In this document: piece after piece, positions 28,358 to 37,389 of the stretch | Layout of the letters: every line of letters begins with the position of its first letter | How positions within the stretch are numbered: the first letter of the stretch is position 1 | NCBI GenBank assembly: GCA_044371695.1 | Contig: JBILTD010000001.1 | Location: forward strand, 1 to 47,417 | DNA length: 47,417 nt | Source: Crocinitomicaceae bacterium | Lineage (GTDB): Bacteria > Bacteroidota > Bacteroidia > Flavobacteriales_D > Crocinitomicaceae | Reading direction: 5' to 3' | Program-made: the position numbers and the translations under genes | The notes under the pieces: generated by a model | Told to the model about the DNA's origin: nothing | Databases searched by the model: none | The model's input: only the letters and a program-made list of their open reading frames with translations

Positions 28358-30019
28358 ATGAAATACTTCTTGTCCCTTTTTGGGTTGATATCTGTTCTTC
28401 AATTTGCGCAAGCGCAAGTCAACATCACTGGCAATATGGAAACCACGTTCCAGTATCTCAACGAGGACAGCGTCATCAATGCCAAGCAACCTATCCAAAA
28501 AGGCTTAATTAATTCTTACATGAATGTGTTTTACACGCAAGGAAATTTCAAGGCCGGTATGCGTGTAGAGTCTTATTTACCTAGAATTCAGGGTTACCCA
28601 AATCGTTTTGATGGTACGGGTATTGGTATGCGATTTGTCGGCTATCAGAATGATTTTGTGGATGTAACTCTCGGGACATTTTACGAGCAATTTGGTACGG
28701 GTTTAGCCCTGCGTACTTACGAAGATCGCAACTTGGGTTATGACAACTTATTAGATGGTGCGCGTATCATTTTAAGACCGCGGAAAGGCCTTGTATTCAA
28801 GGGGGTATATGGCGCTCAACGTTTATCTTTTCAGCAAGGACAAATTGTGCACGGCGGAGGTCTTGTTAGGGGCTTTGACGGCGAATTTCATCTCAATGAA
28901 GGATTTTCGTTTATGAAAGAGAAGGACCTTGACGTTGTTTTGGGGGCATCTTTTGTCAGTAAATTTCAAGAGGATGACAACCCAGACTGGATTTTACCAC
29001 AAAATACGGCGGCTTACGGCGGCCGCATCAAACTCGGTTACAAGAAATTTTATGCCGATGCAGAATATATTCATAAAGAGCAAGACCCTTCCTCTGACAA
29101 CCAATATATTTATAATAACGGCCATGCTGCAATTTTCAATTTACGCTACACCCAGAAAGGCTTAGGAATCCTAATTTCAGGAAAATCTGTTGACAACATG
29201 AGCTTTCGTTCAGACCGCACTAAAGATTTACAAGACTTACTCATCAATTTCTTACCTTCTCTGAATAAAACACATACTTATAATTTGGTGGCAACCTTAT
29301 ATCCTTATGCAACTCAACCTTTAGGCGAAGTGGCCTATCAGGCCGACGTATTGTATACTTTTAAGAAAGGATCCAAATTGGGTGGAAAGTACGGCACCAC
29401 GCTGGGCTTTAATTATTCAACGACATACAGACCAGAACAAACTCTTAACGGGATTGATCTGAATGATTCTTCTCGTGTTGTTTATCACACGCGACCTTTT
29501 GATTTAAGTGATAGTCTTTATTGGCAAGACATCAATTTTAACATCACAAAAAAAATCAACAAGCAATGGAGTGGAATTTTGAGTTATTACGACATCATGA
29601 TTAACAACGACGTTGTTAAAGTAAGTGATGCAAAAGGCATTATTCATGCTAGAATTGCTGTGCTCGAGGGAACTTATAAAATAAACACCTACCATGCCTT
29701 GCGTTGGGAATTGCAAGGAATGTGGGTGAAAAAAAATGACGAAGGAATAAACGACAAAGGCAATTGGGCGACTGCTTTGATAGAGTATACGATTTCTCCT
29801 GGATGGTTTTTCTCGGCCATGAATCAATATAATTATGGCAATGCAGATCAGAGCAAGCGCGTCAACTACCCAATTATTACTTGTGGTTATATCAAGGACG
29901 CCACACGTTTGACTGTATCTTATGGTCGTCAGCGCGCAGGGTTGTTTTGTGTGGGCGGGGTTTGTCGACCAGTGCCGGCCAATAACGGATTAATGATCAA
30001 TTTAACGCATAGTTTTTAA
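28358..30019 (+). CDS. outer-membrane beta-barrel protein (DUF6029-like)
   Basis: Signal peptide ending AQAQ, alternating Y/G/F-rich strands throughout and a terminal ...INLTHSF. Its only three cysteines are in the last 45 residues (ITCGY, LFCVGGVCRPVPA). Confidence 0.65.
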   Translation: MKYFLSLFGLISVLQFAQAQVNITGNMETTFQYLNEDSVINAKQPIQKGLINSYMNVFYTQGNFKAGMRVESYLPRIQGYPNRFDGTGIGMRFVGYQNDFVDVTLGTFYEQFGTGLALRTYEDRNLGYDNLLDGARIILRPRKGLVFKGVYGAQRLSFQQGQIVHGGGLVRGFDGEFHLNEGFSFMKEKDLDVVLGASFVSKFQEDDNPDWILPQNTAAYGGRIKLGYKKFYADAEYIHKEQDPSSDNQYIYNNGHAAIFNLRYTQKGLGILISGKSVDNMSFRSDRTKDLQDLLINFLPSLNKTHTYNLVATLYPYATQPLGEVAYQADVLYTFKKGSKLGGKYGTTLGFNYSTTYRPEQTLNGIDLNDSSRVVYHTRPFDLSDSLYWQDINFNITKKINKQWSGILSYYDIMINNDVVKVSDAKGIIHARIAVLEGTYKINTYHALRWELQGMWVKKNDEGINDKGNWATALIEYTISPGWFFSAMNQYNYGNADQSKRVNYPIITCGYIKDATRLTVSYGRQRAGLFCVGGVCRPVPANNGLMINLTHSF

Positions 30020-30020
30020 G

Positions 30021-30962
30021 ATGAAAATAAGTGCATTTTTTCTTGCTTTTGTAGTGAGTTTTGGTCTATTCATGATGCCATCTTGTGACCGCGTCAGCAA
30101 TCCATACCCACCGGTTGTTAACCTCGAATTAGATACAACGTTGTATCCTGGTAATTGGGCTGAATACGTAGCTAACGAATGGCCAACTTTTACTCAAAAC
30201 ACCAACACTGACCGCAACATTCTAATTGAAGACTTTACAGGTCACAAATGTATTTTTTGTCCTGCAGCCGCAGATCTCGCGCATCAGTTGCATGAAGCCA
30301 ATCCAAATCGGGTTTATGTCGCATCAATTCATGCCGGTGTAGATGGCATAGGCGATTTTCAAACGGTTGATGCCGAATATCCGCTTGATTTTACCAATCC
30401 TGATGGGTTGGCAATCGGCACTTGGTTCGGTCTAAATGATGGCGGCTTTATTGGCAACCCTAGAGGTCCGGTTAGCAGAGTTTCTAATGGCGGGGTTATT
30501 TTTCAAAGTCCAGGTCAGTGGTCTTCGATGACCAGCACGCTCTTGACAGCAAATAATTTAAAAGTAAATATGCAAGCTGCTTTGAATTATTACCCGTCTA
30601 CAAAAGGTGCTTTCTTACACATTGAGGCCGAGAAGCTTGACCAAACTTTGACAAACGAATTAGGCATTGTTGCTTATGTTTTAGAAGATTCTTTAGTAGG
30701 TGACCAAAAAATGTCCGACAACTCGCATAATCATACTTATGTGCATCGCGATATCCACCGCAAGAATCTCAACAATATGCCGTTTGGTCGCCAATTGACA
30801 GCGGCCGATTTAAATAACGGAAAGTACTATGTGAATTATAGTTTTGTGGTCCCGAATCAATTGGACGGCAACTACAATGCCTCGAACATGCATGTGCTTA
30901 TTTATGTCTATGACATGAGTACTTTAGAAATTTATCAGGTCATCAAGCAGAAAATTCAATAA
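30021..30962 (+). CDS. Omp28-related outer-membrane lipoprotein with a thioredoxin-like CxxC
   Basis: Lipobox FMMPSC. Apart from the lipobox Cys, the only cysteines are in IEDFTGHKCIFCPAA. The gene starts 1 nt after the upstream stop. Confidence 0.6.
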   Translation: MKISAFFLAFVVSFGLFMMPSCDRVSNPYPPVVNLELDTTLYPGNWAEYVANEWPTFTQNTNTDRNILIEDFTGHKCIFCPAAADLAHQLHEANPNRVYVASIHAGVDGIGDFQTVDAEYPLDFTNPDGLAIGTWFGLNDGGFIGNPRGPVSRVSNGGVIFQSPGQWSSMTSTLLTANNLKVNMQAALNYYPSTKGAFLHIEAEKLDQTLTNELGIVAYVLEDSLVGDQKMSDNSHNHTYVHRDIHRKNLNNMPFGRQLTAADLNNGKYYVNYSFVVPNQLDGNYNASNMHVLIYVYDMSTLEIYQVIKQKIQ

Positions 30963-32407
30963 TGGCTTTACGGCAACAACTGATACAAAGACTTGAACAA
31001 AGACTGTCTCCTCAACAGATTCAGTTAATGAAGTTGTTGCAGGTACCTACCATGGAACTCGATCAGCGTATCAAGCAAGAACTCGAGGAAAATCCGGCAT
31101 TAGAAGAAGGTCAGGAGCTTGAAGATGATGATTTTGACCAACAAGATGACTACGATGACGAGCACGACGACAACGATGAATTTGATTTATCAGATTACCT
31201 TGATGATGACATCGCCGATTACAAAACCCAAGCAAATAATCAATCACGCGATGAGGAGGAGCGCGTCATTCCTTTATCTGGAGAACAAAGTTTTCAGGAA
31301 CGCCTCATCGAGCAACTTCACTTACTTTATTTAGATGAGAAGCAATTCGTAATCGCGAATTTAATCGTAGGTAATTTAGACGAATCGGGCTATCTGAACC
31401 GAGCTATAGATGCTATTGTAGACGATTTAGCGTTCTCGATGAGTATTGAAGCTACAGAGAATGAGGTAGAAGCAGTTTTGGACTTGGTTCAAGAATTAGA
31501 GCCAGCCGGAGTTGGCGCTCGAAATTTACAAGAATGCTTGCTTTTACAATTAAAGCGCAAGCAAGACGGTGATATTGTCAAATTTACAGCTCTAAAAATC
31601 GTTGAGAAGTATTTTGAAGAGTTTACTAAAAAGCACTACGAGCGCATCGCCAGAAGGCTAGAGATTGAAGATCAAGATTTGAAAGAAGCCATAGATGAAA
31701 TTTTGCGCTGCAATCCAAAGCCCGGGGGCTCGATGCGTGAAGCAGCAAAAAGCTATCAACAAATTGTTCCGGACTTCACCTTATTTGAACATGAGGGCCG
31801 TTTAGAGTTAAGTCTTAATAGTCGAAACGCTCCAGATTTAAAAGTGAATCGGGATTATGAAAACATGTTACGCAGCTATGCCGAAGGGGCGAAAAACTCC
31901 AAGTCAGATAAAGAGGCTTTTCAGTTTGTAAAACAAAAACTAGACGGTGCCAAGTGGTTTATAGATGCGATCAAACAACGCCAACAAACTTTATTATTGA
32001 CGATGGGCGCTATTCTCGAATATCAAGAAGCTTACTTTTTGAGTGGCGATGAAACCAAACTTAGACCCATGATTTTGAAAGACATCGCCGATATGGTTGA
32101 GTTAGACATCTCAACAGTATCGCGTGTGGCCAATTCGAAATATGTGCAAACAAACTATGGCATTTTTTCGTTGAAGTATTTCTTCTCTGAATCTTTGTCT
32201 ACAGATTCCGGTGAAGAGGTATCTACCCGAGAAGTAAAGAAAATTCTATCAGATGCCATTGAAGCAGAAGACAAGCATAACCCACTCACTGACGAGAAAC
32301 TTATGGATCTTTTAAGGGAGAAAGGATATAATATTGCCCGACGCACGGTTGCTAAATACCGAGAACAATTACAAATACCAGTTGCCCGAATGCGCAAAGA
32401 ATTATGA
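30962..32407 (+). CDS. rpoN: RNA polymerase sigma-54 factor
   Basis: Gln/acidic N-terminus, core-binding region, HTH and the RpoN box ARRTVAKYRE. The ATG overlaps the upstream stop (TAATG). Confidence 0.95.
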   Translation: MALRQQLIQRLEQRLSPQQIQLMKLLQVPTMELDQRIKQELEENPALEEGQELEDDDFDQQDDYDDEHDDNDEFDLSDYLDDDIADYKTQANNQSRDEEERVIPLSGEQSFQERLIEQLHLLYLDEKQFVIANLIVGNLDESGYLNRAIDAIVDDLAFSMSIEATENEVEAVLDLVQELEPAGVGARNLQECLLLQLKRKQDGDIVKFTALKIVEKYFEEFTKKHYERIARRLEIEDQDLKEAIDEILRCNPKPGGSMREAAKSYQQIVPDFTLFEHEGRLELSLNSRNAPDLKVNRDYENMLRSYAEGAKNSKSDKEAFQFVKQKLDGAKWFIDAIKQRQQTLLLTMGAILEYQEAYFLSGDETKLRPMILKDIADMVELDISTVSRVANSKYVQTNYGIFSLKYFFSESLSTDSGEEVSTREVKKILSDAIEAEDKHNPLTDEKLMDLLREKGYNIARRTVAKYREQLQIPVARMRKEL

Positions 32408-33057
32408 GGATACTTTCACACTTATTTTCTTGGGTATTTTTACCCTTATTCATGCCAACTTATGGCATCTTGATTAGTTTATTTGTGCCGGCAATTAGTA
32501 CAAGTTATTCCATGAGCTCGTTATATTTCGCTCCACTACCAACGAAATGGGCGTTATTTACAATCTTTTTCATGTTTAGTGTAGTTGCGCCTGGTGTTTC
32601 TTTCATTTTATTACATCGATTCAAAGTCATTAGTACTATTGATATAGAAAGACAAGGAGAGCGTGGCTTACCATTGATTATCATGCTTATTTATTCGCTT
32701 GTATTATTTTTCTTACTGGCCTACAAAGCGGGAAATAGCACCCTGCCAAGTTACTATTATGCTCTGCCATTGTCTGGTGTTGCAATTACAAGTTTATTTC
32801 TTTTGATCAACCGCTGGATTAAAATATCGCTGCATGCTGCTGGCGCAGGAATTCTCGTCGGATTTTTGGCAGTTTATACTTCGTTACAGTCTGATTTTAG
32901 CATGTGGTGGTTACTTGGTTCAATTATTGCTGCGGGGTTAACCATGTCTGCCAGATTGTACTTAAAAAAACACAGACCTATAGAGGTGTACTCTGGGTTT
33001 TTTTTGGCAACCATGATTACCGCTGGCTTACATCTTTATTTAATTCAAATCGGATGA
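32404..33057 (+). CDS. polytopic membrane protein (weak PAP2-like remnants)
   Basis: Six hydrophobic segments. SLHAAGAG and ARLYLKKHRP only loosely resemble PAP2 motifs. ATGA overlap with rpoN. Confidence 0.45.
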   Translation: MRILSHLFSWVFLPLFMPTYGILISLFVPAISTSYSMSSLYFAPLPTKWALFTIFFMFSVVAPGVSFILLHRFKVISTIDIERQGERGLPLIIMLIYSLVLFFLLAYKAGNSTLPSYYYALPLSGVAITSLFLLINRWIKISLHAAGAGILVGFLAVYTSLQSDFSMWWLLGSIIAAGLTMSARLYLKKHRPIEVYSGFFLATMITAGLHLYLIQIG

Positions 33058-33608
33058 AAAAGTTATTAATGCTCTTCTTAGCCTTCAGCGTATTGTCTGC
33101 TTGTGCTGACTTAAATAAAGAACAGCAACTCAAGCGTATTGAACAAGAACAGAAAAGACTTGATCAATTGACAGAAAAAATCAAAGACAAGCGTATGGAT
33201 GATGTATCGGCGTTCAAAATCAATACCATGCAAACCGAACTGAAGATCAAGCAGAATTTATACTTGGACACGATTAATATGGAACTAGCCAAGCAACTTG
33301 ATGCTTACAAGGTGATGCGACGTTCCATTAAACCGATCATCAAACAATATCGTCAGCTAAAGACAGGTATTAAAGAGGAGGAACAAGCCTTAAAACTACT
33401 TTATCAAGATGTCGAACAAGGACGCGGCGAACGTCATCGTTTTGATGAGTTTATCAAATTTGAGCATAATAAGGTGGAACAACTCGTTGCGCTCAGTACA
33501 GATTACCTTCGTGCTAAAGCGCAACTTTTTGAAGACTACTATCGCCTATATCCAACTGTAAATGCTTTAGCCAATCAATTAGTAGCAAAAGCAGAGCGTC
33601 GTAGATGA
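33054..33608 (+). CDS. helical (coiled-coil) lipoprotein of unknown function
   Basis: Lipobox FSVLSAC at the ATG at 33054 (ATGA overlap with the upstream stop). The tracked start at 32904 lies inside the previous gene. Confidence 0.55.
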   Translation: MKKLLMLFLAFSVLSACADLNKEQQLKRIEQEQKRLDQLTEKIKDKRMDDVSAFKINTMQTELKIKQNLYLDTINMELAKQLDAYKVMRRSIKPIIKQYRQLKTGIKEEEQALKLLYQDVEQGRGERHRFDEFIKFEHNKVEQLVALSTDYLRAKAQLFEDYYRLYPTVNALANQLVAKAERRR

Positions 33609-35434
33609 AACACTTACTTGCTTTAGTTTTCTTAGTTTTTGGCTTGCAGTTGTTTGCGCAAAATAACTCAGATCTGCAATTAGCCCAGTATTATTTCAAT
33701 AACTCAGAGTTTGATAAAGCGCTTGTTTATTATCAAAAGCTTTATGAAGTAGACCAAAGCAAAGCAATTTTTACGCCCTACTTTTCTTGCCTCAGGGCTC
33801 AAAAAGACGACAAAACAGCCGAGAAAGTTCTAAAAAAGCAGATCAGTCTGAACAGACAAGATTACGAAGTGCGTCTTTTGGCTGGTGCTTTTTATGAAGA
33901 GCTAAATGAAGCTGCGAAAGCCAAAAAAATTTACGAGGATGTTGTAGGTGAACTAGAGGCAAATCCTAATCAAATCATCAATGTCTACCAAGCCTTTTCA
34001 AGCAAAGGCAAACTCGAATACGCCAAACGGACACTTGATCAAGGAAAGAAATTAGCACCGTATTACCCCTTTAATTTTCAGTATGCCGATTATTATGCTT
34101 TAGCCGGAGACAAGCGTCAAATGCTTTTGGCCTATTTAGATTATTTGGGTCAACAACCGGGCATTATTGATGCGATTCAGCAGGCGCTCGGCTCTCGTCT
34201 AGACCTTGCTAATGCCAATGGCTCCGACTTTCAGTTGGCAAAGGAAGTACTTTTACAACAAGTTCAGTTGCCAAATGCGCCATTGGTTTTCAGTCAAATG
34301 TTAACTTGGCTTTTTGTCCAAAATCGAGATTTTAATGGCGCCGTTACCCAAGTAATTGCGCTTGACAAAAGAAGTAAGGGCGGCGGCCGAGATGTACTCG
34401 AAATGGGTCATATATGTGTTGAAAATGCTGTTTTTGATCAGGCCAGACGTTGTTATCAGTATGTGTTAGAGTTGGGCCAAGAAAACCCAAATTTTTACGA
34501 AGCACAACTCTCATTACTCAACGCACGGTTTCAGCAAATCACCCAATTTAGAAGTTATACTAATGATGAAATAACGCAAAGTATTTTGGATTTTGAGACT
34601 GCCTTACAGCGCCTAGGAAAGGGAAAAGTAAGCTTACAACTTTCATTGCAATTGGCAGAAATCAGGGCATTTTATGCTGCTCAATCTAAAAAAGCGATAG
34701 AGGAACTTTTGCTGTTAACGAAAACACCTGGGCTCACAGATATGCAGCGTGCGCAGGTAAAAATGCTTTTAGCAGATATCTATGTACTCGATGGCGATAT
34801 ATGGGAAGCGTCTTTGCTCTATATGCAAATCGACAACGACTTCAAATTTGAAACAATAGGCAGCGAGGCAAAATTTAAGAATGCTAAAATTTTCTATTAC
34901 GATGGCGAATTTGAATTTGCACAAGCACAACTCAATGTTTTAAAAGAATCAACATCTAAACTTATTGCTAATGATGCCATTCAACTGGCAGTTTTTATCA
35001 CGGATAATTATGGCCTAGATAGCAATTATCAAGTGATGCTTTGGTTTGCTACCGCTGACCGCATGATAGCCCAGCACCATTACGATTCAGCTTTTGTGTT
35101 ATTTGACAGCATTCAAACACAATTCCCCTATCATTCACTTGCCGATGATATCTTGTATCGTAAAGGCCAAGCGATGGAACAGCGCGGAGAGTGGCAAAAG
35201 GCCTTGGGCTACTATTCAGATTTATTGAAGCTACATGGAGAAGATATTTTAGCAGATGACGCCTTGTTCAGGACTGCAGAAATTCAAGAGCTACGCTTGC
35301 TAGATAAAACAACAGCAGTGGAGGCATATAAAAAACTTTTGATCGATTACAAAAGCAGTTTGTATGGTGCAGAAGCAAGAAAGCGCATCCGCCTACTAAG
35401 AGGAGATGCGCCTTCCGAAGATGATGAACTCTGA
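33605..35434 (+). CDS. secreted tetratricopeptide-repeat protein
   Basis: Signal peptide MKHLLALVFLVFGLQLFAQ with repeated A/Y/L TPR-like helices (YYQKLYE, AGAFYEELNE, ALGYYSDLLKL). ATGA overlap with the upstream gene. Confidence 0.7.
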   Translation: MKHLLALVFLVFGLQLFAQNNSDLQLAQYYFNNSEFDKALVYYQKLYEVDQSKAIFTPYFSCLRAQKDDKTAEKVLKKQISLNRQDYEVRLLAGAFYEELNEAAKAKKIYEDVVGELEANPNQIINVYQAFSSKGKLEYAKRTLDQGKKLAPYYPFNFQYADYYALAGDKRQMLLAYLDYLGQQPGIIDAIQQALGSRLDLANANGSDFQLAKEVLLQQVQLPNAPLVFSQMLTWLFVQNRDFNGAVTQVIALDKRSKGGGRDVLEMGHICVENAVFDQARRCYQYVLELGQENPNFYEAQLSLLNARFQQITQFRSYTNDEITQSILDFETALQRLGKGKVSLQLSLQLAEIRAFYAAQSKKAIEELLLLTKTPGLTDMQRAQVKMLLADIYVLDGDIWEASLLYMQIDNDFKFETIGSEAKFKNAKIFYYDGEFEFAQAQLNVLKESTSKLIANDAIQLAVFITDNYGLDSNYQVMLWFATADRMIAQHHYDSAFVLFDSIQTQFPYHSLADDILYRKGQAMEQRGEWQKALGYYSDLLKLHGEDILADDALFRTAEIQELRLLDKTTAVEAYKKLLIDYKSSLYGAEARKRIRLLRGDAPSEDDEL

Positions 35435-35435
35435 T

Positions 35436-36632
35436 TTAGAGGTTTGGCATTTCTCTTGTGAATGCCGGAATTCCAGTGACATCCATACCAGTAATAAGGA
35501 GGTGAATATCGTGGGTTCCTTCGTAGGTTACGACAGATTCTAAGTTCGCCATGTGACGCATCATAGAATATTCGCTCGTAATACCCATTCCACCATGAAT
35601 TTGTCTTGCTTCACGAGCAATATTCAAAGCGATTTCAACATTGTTTCTTTTTGCCATTGAAATTTGGGCTGAGGTAGCACGACCTTCGTTGCGCAATTGG
35701 CCAAGACGTAAAGTAAGCAATTGTGCTTTGGTGATTTCTGTGATCATTTCAGCCAATTTCTTTTGGATCAATTGGAAGCTTCCGATCGGAACGTCAAATT
35801 GTGTGCGTTCTTTAGAATAACGCAATGCTTGATCGTAGCAATCCATGGCTGCACCTAAGGCGCCCCATGCAATTCCAAATCGAGCAGAGTCAAGACAGCT
35901 CAAAGGCGCGCCTAAACCTGAACGCCCTGGAAGGATATTTGATTTTGGGACTTTGACGTTGTCAAAAATAAGTTCGCCGGTTGCAGATGCGCGCAATGAA
36001 AGCTTGCCGTGCATTTCTGGTGTAGAGAAGCCCTCCATACCGCGCTCAACGATTAAACCGTGAATACGGCCGCTTTCGTCTTTGGCCCAAACCACTGCAA
36101 TTTGTGCAAAAGGCGCATTTGAAATCCACATTTTGGCACCATTGAGAATGACGTGATCACCAGCATCTTTGAAATTGGTAATCATGCCACCTGGGTTAGA
36201 GCCATAGTCTGGTTCAGTTAAACCAAAACAACCCATCATTTCACCAGTGGCTAATTTGGGTAGGTATTTTAGTTTTTGTTCTTCAGATCCATATTTCCAA
36301 ATAGGATACATGACCAATGATGACTGCACAGATGCGGTTGAACGCAAACCGGAGTCACAGCGCTCGAGTTCTTGCATGATGAGGCCATAAGAAATTTGGT
36401 CAAGGCCTGGACCACCATATTCTTCAGGAATGTAAGGGCCAAAAGCGCCAATTTCGCCAAGTCCACTTAAAATGTGCATAGGAAAAGTTGCCTTTTCATA
36501 GTGCTCATCGATAATTGGTGAAACTTCTTTTTTCACCCATGCTCTTGCCGCATCTCGGACTAGTTTGTGCTCGTCAGAGAGGAGGTCATCCATGTTGTAA
36601 TAATCGGGATGTTGGTATTGATCAGTTTTCAT
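35436..36632 (-). CDS. gcdH: acyl-CoA dehydrogenase, glutaryl-CoA dehydrogenase-like
   Basis: GCFGLTEPDYGSNPGGM, KMWISNAP and the C-terminal EGTHDIHLLI pattern. The ATG at 36632 (MKTDQYQ) is preferred, because the tracked TTG at 36650 lies inside the -7 box. Confidence 0.8.
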   Translation of the reverse strand: MKTDQYQHPDYYNMDDLLSDEHKLVRDAARAWVKKEVSPIIDEHYEKATFPMHILSGLGEIGAFGPYIPEEYGGPGLDQISYGLIMQELERCDSGLRSTASVQSSLVMYPIWKYGSEEQKLKYLPKLATGEMMGCFGLTEPDYGSNPGGMITNFKDAGDHVILNGAKMWISNAPFAQIAVVWAKDESGRIHGLIVERGMEGFSTPEMHGKLSLRASATGELIFDNVKVPKSNILPGRSGLGAPLSCLDSARFGIAWGALGAAMDCYDQALRYSKERTQFDVPIGSFQLIQKKLAEMITEITKAQLLTLRLGQLRNEGRATSAQISMAKRNNVEIALNIAREARQIHGGMGITSEYSMMRHMANLESVVTYEGTHDIHLLITGMDVTGIPAFTREMPNL

Positions 36633-36647
36633 GATTGATGTTTGGTG

Positions 36648-36655
36648 CAAAAGTA
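36648..36655 (-). promoter_or_regulatory. candidate -7 promoter box (TACTTTTG on the minus strand) for gcdH
   Basis: Exact TAnnTTTG match 15 nt upstream of the ATG at 36632. Confidence 0.45.
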
Positions 36656-36693
36656 AGCAATAATTGGTGCAGCTGTAGCATTAGAATTTGAAT

Positions 36694-36701
36694 TATTTTT
36701 G
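36694..36701 (+). promoter_or_regulatory. candidate -7 promoter box (TATTTTTG) for DUF4271-hemD
   Basis: Exact TAnnTTTG match 17 nt upstream of the ATG at 36719. It overlaps the tracked GTG start at 36701, which argues against that start. Confidence 0.4.
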
Positions 36702-36718
36702 TGTTCAGCAAATCGAAT

Positions 36719-37369
36719 ATGCAATCATTTGAATTAATAGAAAGGGGCTCACAATTAAATAGTTATTTGCTGTTTATATCATTGCTCTCATTGGCCTTCA
36801 TAGCGTATGCAAGAATGAGCACTCCCAATGCATTGAGTTTGTCTTGGCGCAGGTTCTTGAAAACGAGCCGTGTTGAAAGTTTTGGCTTTGACGATGAAAA
36901 GATGCGCCCGCAAACCCAAGCGCTCTTTTTTATCAATTTTTATTTGTCCTTGAATCTTTGTGTTTACCTTTTTGTTACCGAATTCTACTCTAGAACCGAA
37001 GCGCTTTTGATGAGTACAATTGTTGTTGCAGCTTGGGTCCTGTATCAAACTTTGGTTTATCGCTTTGTGTTGTTTTTGGTAGACCAGTGGAAATGGGTGG
37101 CAGCATTTGCTGAAGTAAATAAGCAGGTTTGGTCTTTTACAGGCCTAATTTTCCTGGTATTGGCCTTTCTTTGGACCATTAATGGACAGGCCAACAACTT
37201 GATTAACAATGCATTCATCTTGAGTTCATTGCTGCTTTATTTTTGGCGAATTTTCAAATCTTGGCGAATCGCTCAGCAAGCAAATTTGGAATGGTATTAT
37301 TTAATTTTGTACCTTTGCGCCTTGGAAATCCTGCCTATGCTTCTTGTATGGCGCTGGTTTTTAAGCTAA
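36719..37369 (+). CDS. DUF4271-like polytopic membrane protein
   Basis: Five to six TM segments. Its position directly upstream of hemD is a recurrent Bacteroidota arrangement (recollection). Confidence 0.6.
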   Translation: MQSFELIERGSQLNSYLLFISLLSLAFIAYARMSTPNALSLSWRRFLKTSRVESFGFDDEKMRPQTQALFFINFYLSLNLCVYLFVTEFYSRTEALLMSTIVVAAWVLYQTLVYRFVLFLVDQWKWVAAFAEVNKQVWSFTGLIFLVLAFLWTINGQANNLINNAFILSSLLLYFWRIFKSWRIAQQANLEWYYLILYLCALEILPMLLVWRWFLS

Positions 37370-37389
37370 AACACATTAAATTAGAAAAA

